Assembly: GCA_046349215.1 (NCBI GenBank)
Contig: JAXMCV010000001.1
Coordinates: 830,434-894,433 of the forward strand
From: Beijerinckiaceae bacterium
Lineage (GTDB): Bacteria > Pseudomonadota > Alphaproteobacteria > Rhizobiales > Beijerinckiaceae
Length of the DNA stretch: 64,000 nucleotides
Direction of reading: 5' to 3'
Shown here: positions 56,831 to 64,000 of the stretch, in pieces
Layout: every line of letters begins with the position of its first letter
Numbering within the stretch: position 1 is the first letter of the stretch
Notes under the pieces: generated by a model
Databases searched by the model: none
What the model saw: only the letters and a program-made list of their open reading frames with translations
What the model was told of the DNA's origin: nothing
Made by a program: the position numbers and the translations under genes

Positions 56831-58507
56831 ATGTCTGAGGCTCAGGAACTCCCGCCCCGCGACGCCATGGAGTACGACGTCGTCATCGTCGGCGCCGGCC
56901 CATCGGGCCTGACCGCCGCGATCCGCCTCAAGCAGATCAATCCCGACATTTCGGTCGTCATCGTCGAGAAGGGTTCGGAAGTCGGCGCACATATCCTGTC
57001 GGGCGTCGTGCTCGACCCGATCGGGCTCGACCGCCTGCTTCCCGGCTGGCGCGAGGAAGCGGACCGTCCGCTGACCGTGCAGGTGACGGAGGACCGCTTC
57101 TACTTCCTCGGACCGAAGGGCGCGCTGCGCCTGCCGAATTTCGCCTTCCCGAAGCTGCTCGACAATCACGGCATGTTCGTCGGCTCGCTGGGCAACGTCT
57201 GCCGCTGGCTGGCGGGCAAGGCCGAGGCGCTGGGCGTCGAAATCTATCCGGGCTTTGCGGCCGCCGAACTTCTGTACGGCGACAAGGGCGAGGTGCTGGG
57301 CATTGCGACCGGCGACATGGGCGTCGGCCGCGACGGCAAGCCCAAGGATTCCTTCACGCGCGGCATGGAACTGCGCGGCAAGTACACACTGATCTGCGAA
57401 GGCGTGCGCGGATCGCTCGCCAAGCAACTCATCGCCAAATACAAGCTCGACGAGGGCCGCGACTATCCGAAGTTCGGCATCGGCATCAAGGAACTGTGGC
57501 AGATCGATCCAGCCAAGCACAAGCCGGGCTATGTGCAGCATACGTTCGGCTGGCCGCTCGATCTCAACACCGGCGGCGGCTCGTTCCTCTATCATATCGA
57601 GGACAACCAGGTGTGCGTCGGCTTCGTCACGCATCTCAACTATTCGAATCCGACGCTGTCGCCGTTCGACGAATTCCAGCGCTTCAAGCATCATCCCGTC
57701 GTCGCCGAACAACTCGAGGGCGGCAAGCGCATCGCCTATGGCGCGCGCGCCATTTCCGAAGGCGGCTGGCAGTCGGTTCCCAAGCTCACCTTCCCGGGCG
57801 GGGCGCTGATCGGCTGTTCGGCCGGCTTCATCAACGTGCCGCGCATCAAGGGCACGCATAATGCGATGCTGTCGGGCCTGCTCGCCGCCGAGAAGATCGC
57901 GCCGGCGCTCGCCGCCGGCCGCGCCAACGACGAGATCGTCGAGATCGAGACCGAATGGCGCAAGGGCGACATCGGCAAGGATCTGAAAAAGGTCCGCAAC
58001 GTGAAGCCGCTGCTGTCGCGCTGGGGCGCGGCGCTCGGCACGATGCTCGGCGGTCTGGAAATGTGGACGAACGAATTGTTCGGGTTCTCGTTCTTCGGCA
58101 CGATGAAGCACGGCAAGCCGGACTATGCGACGCTGAAGCCGCTCTCGCAGGTTACGCCGATCGTCTATCCGAAACCCGACGGCAAATTGTCCTTCGACAA
58201 GCTGTCGAGCGTCTTCCTGTCCTCGACCAACCACGAGGAAGACCAGCCCATCCATCTTCGGCTGAAGGACCCGTCGATCCCGGTCGGAAAGAACCTGCCG
58301 GAATACGGCGAGCCGGCGCGCCTCTACTGCCCGGCCGGCGTGTACGAAATCGTCTACGGCGACGAGGCGAACCGCAAGGACCCGCGCTTCGTGATCAACG
58401 CGCAGAATTGCGTGCACTGCAAGACCTGCGACATCAAGGACCCCGCGCAGAACATCAACTGGACGACGCCGGAAGGCGGCGGCGGCCCGAATTACGCGAA
58501 CATGTGA
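56831..58507 (+). CDS. electron-transfer flavoprotein:ubiquinone oxidoreductase
   Basis: FAD motif YDVVIVGAGPSGLTAA. C-terminal 4Fe-4S region CPAGVYE...NCVHCKTCDIKDP. Length 558 aa. Confidence 0.95.
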   Translation: MSEAQELPPRDAMEYDVVIVGAGPSGLTAAIRLKQINPDISVVIVEKGSEVGAHILSGVVLDPIGLDRLLPGWREEADRPLTVQVTEDRFYFLGPKGALRLPNFAFPKLLDNHGMFVGSLGNVCRWLAGKAEALGVEIYPGFAAAELLYGDKGEVLGIATGDMGVGRDGKPKDSFTRGMELRGKYTLICEGVRGSLAKQLIAKYKLDEGRDYPKFGIGIKELWQIDPAKHKPGYVQHTFGWPLDLNTGGGSFLYHIEDNQVCVGFVTHLNYSNPTLSPFDEFQRFKHHPVVAEQLEGGKRIAYGARAISEGGWQSVPKLTFPGGALIGCSAGFINVPRIKGTHNAMLSGLLAAEKIAPALAAGRANDEIVEIETEWRKGDIGKDLKKVRNVKPLLSRWGAALGTMLGGLEMWTNELFGFSFFGTMKHGKPDYATLKPLSQVTPIVYPKPDGKLSFDKLSSVFLSSTNHEEDQPIHLRLKDPSIPVGKNLPEYGEPARLYCPAGVYEIVYGDEANRKDPRFVINAQNCVHCKTCDIKDPAQNINWTTPEGGGGPNYANM

Positions 58508-58518
58508 GGGCGTTCGGT

Positions 58519-58546
58519 GGGGGCGGAATGACCCGCCCCCGCTTTT
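58519..58546 (+). terminator. intrinsic terminator GGGGGCGG-aatgac-CCGCCCCC-GCTTTT
   Basis: 8-bp GC stem 12 nt after the ETF-QO stop, with a short T-run. Confidence 0.65.
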
Positions 58547-58628
58547 CGCGCATCCTCTCGTCCCGCTGTGCGCAATGGCGCCGCGAACGCCCCTCGGATA
58601 GGTTGGCGCCGACTTCCGAGGAATTCCC

Positions 58629-59861
58629 ATGTCCGTTTCCGCTCCCGCGGCTTCCGCTTCGCGTCCGAAAATTCCCGTCAGCCTGATCATTGCGGCGGGC
58701 TGCGCCATCTCCATTCTCACCTTCGGCCCGCGCTCGGCCATCGGCGCCTTCCAGCGCGACATCCTTATCGACAACAACTGGACGCGCGACGTCTTCTCCT
58801 TCGCCATCGCGCTGCAGAACCTGCTGTGGGGACTGGGCCAGCCGTTTGCCGGCGCCGTCGCGGACCGTTTCGGCGCCGTTCGCGTACTGATCGCCGGCGG
58901 CCTACTCTATGCGGCCGGCCTCGCGATCATGGCCTATTCTTCCACGCCGCTCGTCTTCAATCTCTCGGCCGGCGTGCTGATCGGGCTCGGCCTCTCTGGC
59001 TCGTCGTTCAATCTCGTGCTCGGCGCATTCGGCCGGCTCGTGCCGGAGAAGCAGCGTTCGATGGCTTTCGGCCTTGCGACCGCCGCCGGCTCGCTCGGCC
59101 AGTTCCTGTTCTCGCCGCTCGCCGTCGGCCTGATCCAGGCCTATGGCTGGCGCACGACCTCGCTGGCTTTCGCGGCGTTGATGCTCGTCGTCATACCGCT
59201 GGCGATGACTCTCTCTGCGCCGCGCGCCGAAGCGACGGGGTCGCAGGCTGGCCTGTCGATCGGCCAGGCGATCCGCGAAGCCTTCGGCCATCGTTCCTAC
59301 GTGCTGCTGGTGATGGGCTATTTCACCTGCGGCTTCCAGCTCGCCTTCATCACCACGCATTTCCAGATCTACCTGACCGACAGGGGCCTCGACCCGCGCG
59401 TCGGCGGCTGGGCGTTCGCGATGATCGGCATCTTCAACATGGTCGGGTCGATCACATCCGGCTGGCTCGGCAACCGCATGCCGCGCCGCTACATCCTCTC
59501 ATTCATCTACTTTTCGCGCGCGCTGACGACGCTCGTGTTTCTGATGATCCCGGCGACGCCCGCTTCGGCGCTCGTCTTCGGCGCCGTCACCGGTCTGCTC
59601 TGGCTTTCCACAGTGCCGGCGACATCCTCGCTCGTCGGAATCATGTTCGGGACGCGCTATTTCGCGATGCTGTTCGGCTTTGCCTTTGTCAGCCACCAGA
59701 TCGGCGGCTTTCTCGGCGCGCTGCTCGGTGGCACGATCTACGAGGCAACGGGCTCCTATACGCCGGTATGGGTGCTTTCCATCGGGCTCGGCGTGGCGTC
59801 GGCGCTCATAAATCTGCCGATCGAGGAAAAGCCCGCGACCGCTCAGGTTGCTACGGCCTAG
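58629..59861 (+). CDS. MFS transporter
   Basis: Twelve hydrophobic segments. MFS loop motif [12 protein letters not shown]. Confidence 0.85.
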   Translation: MSVSAPAASASRPKIPVSLIIAAGCAISILTFGPRSAIGAFQRDILIDNNWTRDVFSFAIALQNLLWGLGQPFAGAVADRFGAVRVLIAGGLLYAAGLAIMAYSSTPLVFNLSAGVLIGLGLSGSSFNLVLGAFGRLVPEKQRSMAFGLATAAGSLGQFLFSPLAVGLIQAYGWRTTSLAFAALMLVVIPLAMTLSAPRAEATGSQAGLSIGQAIREAFGHRSYVLLVMGYFTCGFQLAFITTHFQIYLTDRGLDPRVGGWAFAMIGIFNMVGSITSGWLGNRMPRRYILSFIYFSRALTTLVFLMIPATPASALVFGAVTGLLWLSTVPATSSLVGIMFGTRYFAMLFGFAFVSHQIGGFLGALLGGTIYEATGSYTPVWVLSIGLGVASALINLPIEEKPATAQVATA

Positions 59862-59905
59862 TCGCGCGCCTAAAAGCACTCGAAAGAATCCAGGGGAGCA
59901 CGTCA

Positions 59906-60892
<987 letters not shown>

Positions 60893-61004
60893 GGCCAGTT
60901 CGTCGGCGGACGTGCAAAGTCGAGGCGACGACCTAGATATGGATCAAGGACAGGAACGGCCGCCAGCGTCGATCCTCGCTCCGTAAAACAGTCAGGCCCA
61001 AGCC

Positions 61005-61472
61005 ATGAGCAGCGCATTCACACGCGAAAACGACGAGAACGAGTCCATCGAGGACATCGGCGAACGTCCGGTCAGCCCGCATCGCAATCTCGTCACGCCC
61101 GAGGGGCTCGCCCAGATCGAGGCGGAGCTCGAAGCCGCTCGCGTCGCCCTGGCGAAAGCGGAACAGGAGCGCAACCGTCGCGCGATCGCGCTCGCCGCCC
61201 GCGACCTGAACTATTGGTCGGCGCGCCGAGCAAACGCCGAACTCGTGCATCCGATAGCCGACAAGGGCGAGGTGCGTTTCGGTCACACCGTGGTCGTGAA
61301 GACCAAGGCCGGCGCCACTGAAACCTTCCGTATCGTCGGTGAGGACGAGGCCGATCCCGCCAAGGGGCTGATCCCGCATGTCGCACCGCTCGCCAAGGCG
61401 CTTCTCGGCAAGGAAGTAGGCGACAGCGTCGAGGTGAAGCACGAGAAGGCGAAGATCGCCGCGATCAAGTAG
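61005..61472 (+). CDS. GreA/GreB-family transcription elongation factor homolog
   Basis: Coiled-coil N-terminus (LAQIEAELEAARVALAKAEQE). C-terminal Gre domain (VRFGHTVVV..FRIVGEDEADPAKGLI....PLAKALLGKEVGDSVEV). Confidence 0.8.
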   Translation: MSSAFTRENDENESIEDIGERPVSPHRNLVTPEGLAQIEAELEAARVALAKAEQERNRRAIALAARDLNYWSARRANAELVHPIADKGEVRFGHTVVVKTKAGATETFRIVGEDEADPAKGLIPHVAPLAKALLGKEVGDSVEVKHEKAKIAAIK

Positions 61473-61496
61473 GCAGCGACACATCGTTCGAATACA

Positions 61497-61522
61497 GGCG
61501 GGGTCTCATCCCCGCCTTTTTT
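61497..61522 (+). terminator. intrinsic terminator GGCGGGG-tctcat-CCCCGCC-TTTTTT
   Basis: 7-bp GC stem plus T6, 25 nt after the stop at 61472. Confidence 0.85.
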
Positions 61523-61534
61523 AGTCGGCGCTTC

Positions 61535-62410
61535 TCAGTCGCCGGCCAGACGCCCGCGTTCGCGCGACAGATGCGTCCAGACATGGTCCATGAAGGCCCG
61601 AACGCGCGCCGCGCCCTTGAGGTCGGCGTGCGTCAGCAGCCATAGCGCATTGGTCGTCGGCACATCGACATCCAGGCGTTGCAGGTCCGAAAGGCTGTCG
61701 CCGACGACACGCGGCACGACCGCGAGCCCCAGGCCTGCGGCGGCCGATACGGCGGCGATATGCATTGTGTTCACGCGCGCAACGACGCGCGCCTGCGGAA
61801 TGTGACGGGCGATCCAGACCGCCGCCTCGATCTCCTCCATGGGCGGCGCAAAACCGATGTAAAGCGCTTCCGGCCCCATCGGATCGACCTGCGCGAGCTT
61901 CGAGCCCTTGCGCGCGTACACGCCCCACGGCATCGAGCCGACCTTGCGGCCGACCAGCGTGTCCGGCGGTTCGCCGGTCGCGCGGATTGCGACGTCGGCG
62001 TCGCGACGCGACAGGTTCAACGCCGCGTTGGACACGATGATGTCCATGCGGATTTCCGGATATGCCTCGCGAAAACTCGCGAAAATCGGCGCGAGCAGGG
62101 AAGCGTAGAGCGAATCCGTCGTCGTCACGCGCAATTCGCCGCGCGGCCTGTCGTCCTGCCCGGCGAGGCGCCGCTCGAACTCGACCACGCCGTCCGACAT
62201 GCGATTGGCGAGCGCGATCATCTCGTCGCCCGCCGCCGTCGGCGAATAGCCCGAGCGGGATCGCTCGAACAACGCCCTGCCGAGATCCGTCTCGATCTGG
62301 CCGAGACGTCGAAACACGGTCGAATGATTCAGTCCGAGCCCTTCCGCCGCGCCAACGAGCGACTTGGCTTCGGCGATCGCGCGAACGAGCCGGAAGTCGT
62401 CCCAGTTCAT
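61535..62410 (-). CDS. LysR-family transcriptional regulator
   Basis: MNWDDFRLVRAIAEAKSLVGAAEGLGLNHSTVFRRL (wHTH). ATG 62410 is preferred over the GTG at 62416 used by the ORF track. Confidence 0.9.
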   Translation of the reverse strand: MNWDDFRLVRAIAEAKSLVGAAEGLGLNHSTVFRRLGQIETDLGRALFERSRSGYSPTAAGDEMIALANRMSDGVVEFERRLAGQDDRPRGELRVTTTDSLYASLLAPIFASFREAYPEIRMDIIVSNAALNLSRRDADVAIRATGEPPDTLVGRKVGSMPWGVYARKGSKLAQVDPMGPEALYIGFAPPMEEIEAAVWIARHIPQARVVARVNTMHIAAVSAAAGLGLAVVPRVVGDSLSDLQRLDVDVPTTNALWLLTHADLKGAARVRAFMDHVWTHLSRERGRLAGD

Positions 62411-62540
62411 GCGCACACCCGCGACAATTCCATTTCACAAAACCTCTGCGCCCGCGAAGCGCTGTCCAGCCGCGGCGAATTCGCAGACAATTGCAAAAAA
62501 CGTATAATTTTCAAAGGAAAAACAGGCCGCCTGCCCAAAA

Positions 62541-63503
62541 TTAAGCGGGGCGCGGAGCGGCCGCGCGCTGCAGGCGATCGTTTATCGCTTCGCCCAAGCC
62601 CGCCTGCGGTACGGGAGCGACCGCGATCGATGCTACACCGGATGCGTCGAGCCTTCGCAAAAACGCATAGAGATTGGAGGCGGCCCGTGCGGGATCGCCG
62701 TCCGGCGCGAGATCGAGAACGAGCGCGCCTTGCGACTTCGCAAAGCGACCTGCGAAATCCAGTCCGGCCTCGCCGGACTGAAGATCCGTCGCGTTCAACC
62801 TGACGCGCGCGCGCGGCGCATAGTGGGACGCGAGCATGCCCGGCGCCTCGATCCTGCCCGACGAGGCGGCCGCGAGCTTGCCGACCAAAGCCTCGATCGC
62901 CTCCCGCGCGACGCCGCCCGGACGCAACAGGACGGGAGCGTCGCCCACGCAGGCGACAATCGTCGATTCGACGCCGACCTCGGCCGGGCCGCAATCGAGC
63001 ACCGCGTCGATCGTCTCGCCGAGGTCCTCGAGGACGTGGTCGGCGCTGGCCGGGCTTACACGCCCGGATCTGTTGGCGGAAGGCGCGGCGACCGGGACGC
63101 CAGCCTGCTCCAGCAGGCTGCGCGCCACGGGATGCGCCGGCATACGCAAGGCGATCGTATCGAGGCCGGCGCGGGCGAGATCGCAGACGCGGGCGGTCGG
63201 CGCGACCGGAAGGACCAGCGTCAGCGGACCCGGCCAGAACGCCTCGGCGAGCTTTTCGGCGAGCGGCGAGAATGCGCCCTCGCGACGCGCCGTCTGCATG
63301 TCGTGAACATGCGCGATCAGGGGATTGAAGGACGGCCTGCCCTTGGCCGCGAAAATCCGCGCCACCGCCTCGGGCGAGGTCGCATCGGCGCCGAGCCCGT
63401 AGACGGTCTCGGTCGCGAAGGCCACGAGGCCGCCGGCGCGCAGGAGCCGCGCCGCTTCCGCGACGCCCCCGGCGGTCGGCTCCAGTCGTCTCGCCCGTTT
63501 CAC
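62541..63503 (-). CDS. L-threonylcarbamoyladenylate synthase (Sua5/YwlC/TsaC2 type, with C-terminal Sua5 domain)
   Basis: LVAFATETVYGLGADATSPEAVARIFAAKGRPSFNPLIAHV and APSANRSGRVSP. GTG start. Confidence 0.9.
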   Translation of the reverse strand: MKRARRLEPTAGGVAEAARLLRAGGLVAFATETVYGLGADATSPEAVARIFAAKGRPSFNPLIAHVHDMQTARREGAFSPLAEKLAEAFWPGPLTLVLPVAPTARVCDLARAGLDTIALRMPAHPVARSLLEQAGVPVAAPSANRSGRVSPASADHVLEDLGETIDAVLDCGPAEVGVESTIVACVGDAPVLLRPGGVAREAIEALVGKLAAASSGRIEAPGMLASHYAPRARVRLNATDLQSGEAGLDFAGRFAKSQGALVLDLAPDGDPARAASNLYAFLRRLDASGVASIAVAPVPQAGLGEAINDRLQRAAAPRPA

Positions 63504-63535
63504 AAATCCTCGCCCGCTCCGGCTTTACCGGGGTT

Positions 63536-63551
63536 CGTTTATGTATAAACC
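63536..63551. promoter_or_regulatory. second copy of the palindrome: CGTTTA-TGTA-TAAACC upstream of an enoyl-CoA hydratase gene
   Basis: 5+5 perfect inverted repeat ending about 51 nt before ATG 63603, in the divergent region with the Sua5 gene. Confidence 0.5.
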
Positions 63552-63602
63552 TGCTGCGCGTCCAACACTTTCGCGCCCAAAGACAAGCACGGGGAAGAAG
63601 CC

Positions 63603-64000
63603 ATGACCACGGACACGATCGTCGCCATCCAGGACGGCGTGATGCGGATCACGATGAACCGGCCCGACAAGAAAAACGCGCTGACCGGCTCGATGTACGA
63701 TGCGATGACCGCGGCAATGGAAAAGGCCGACGCAAGCGACGATGTCCGCGCCATCGTGCTGGAAGGTTCAGGCGGCTCGTTCACGGCCGGCAACGACCTC
63801 GCCGACTTCCTCGCAACCGCGACGCGCGGCGCCGAGAGCCGGGCCTTTCCCTTCATCCGGAAGATCGCCCTGCTCGACACGCCGATCATTGCAGCGGTCG
63901 ACGGCGTGGCGGTGGGCGTCGGGACGACACTGCTGTTCCATTGCGATCTCGTCTATGCGACGCCGGCCGCAAAATTCCGCATGCCCTTCGTCGATCTCGG
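63603..64000 (+). CDS. enoyl-CoA hydratase/isomerase family protein; the 3' end lies outside the window
   Basis: Absent from the ORF track because there is no stop in the window. ATG 63603. MTTDTIVAIQDGVMRITMNRPDKKNAL, FTAGNDLADF, AAVDGVAVGVGTTLL. Confidence 0.8.
   Translation, partial: MTTDTIVAIQDGVMRITMNRPDKKNALTGSMYDAMTAAMEKADASDDVRAIVLEGSGGSFTAGNDLADFLATATRGAESRAFPFIRKIALLDTPIIAAVDGVAVGVGTTLLFHCDLVYATPAAKFRMPFVDL

Overview
The window is a high-GC (about two-thirds G+C by eye), gene-dense chromosomal segment. Gene content and synteny (TIGR02301-NUDIX-pdxH, DUF2007-ispB, split glyQ/glyS, DUF2339, PHA-system protein) look alphaproteobacterial, Hyphomicrobiales/Rhizobiales-like. About 70 protein-coding genes are called, mostly housekeeping: aroC, ribB-type, fabI, xseB, tag, ygfZ, pyrC-like, pdxH, glyQ, glyS, ispB, ispE, ETF-QO and Sua5/TsaC. 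Cell-envelope and catabolic genes are interspersed. I found no rRNA, tRNA, CRISPR array, transposase or integrase. I do not see a convincing multi-gene novel system such as a defence island. The points most worth a second look are: (1) a full-length YyaL-type thioredoxin-domain gene interrupted by a single in-frame TAG; (2) the AT-rich palindrome GTTTA-N4-TAAAC, present twice, each time just upstream of a beta-oxidation-type gene; (3) an AT-rich islet next to glyS with a pair of ~50-bp direct repeats, each preceding an atypical small or membrane ORF; (4) a low-GC islet with an orphan PemK/MazF-like toxin gene and a structured 3' RNA region; (5) glyQ and glyS separated by a CDGSH protein and an orphan TadE/G-like protein; (6) an HTH-RibB-degenerate-GCHII fusion; (7) the tail of a Pls/PosA-like NRPS at the window edge; (8) a solute-binding protein coupled to a CYP199A-like P450. 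Many very long ORFs in the track are antisense shadow ORFs typical of GC-rich DNA and were rejected. Several start codons are GTG/TTG and uncertain. All family assignments rest on motif recognition and memory, not on searches.
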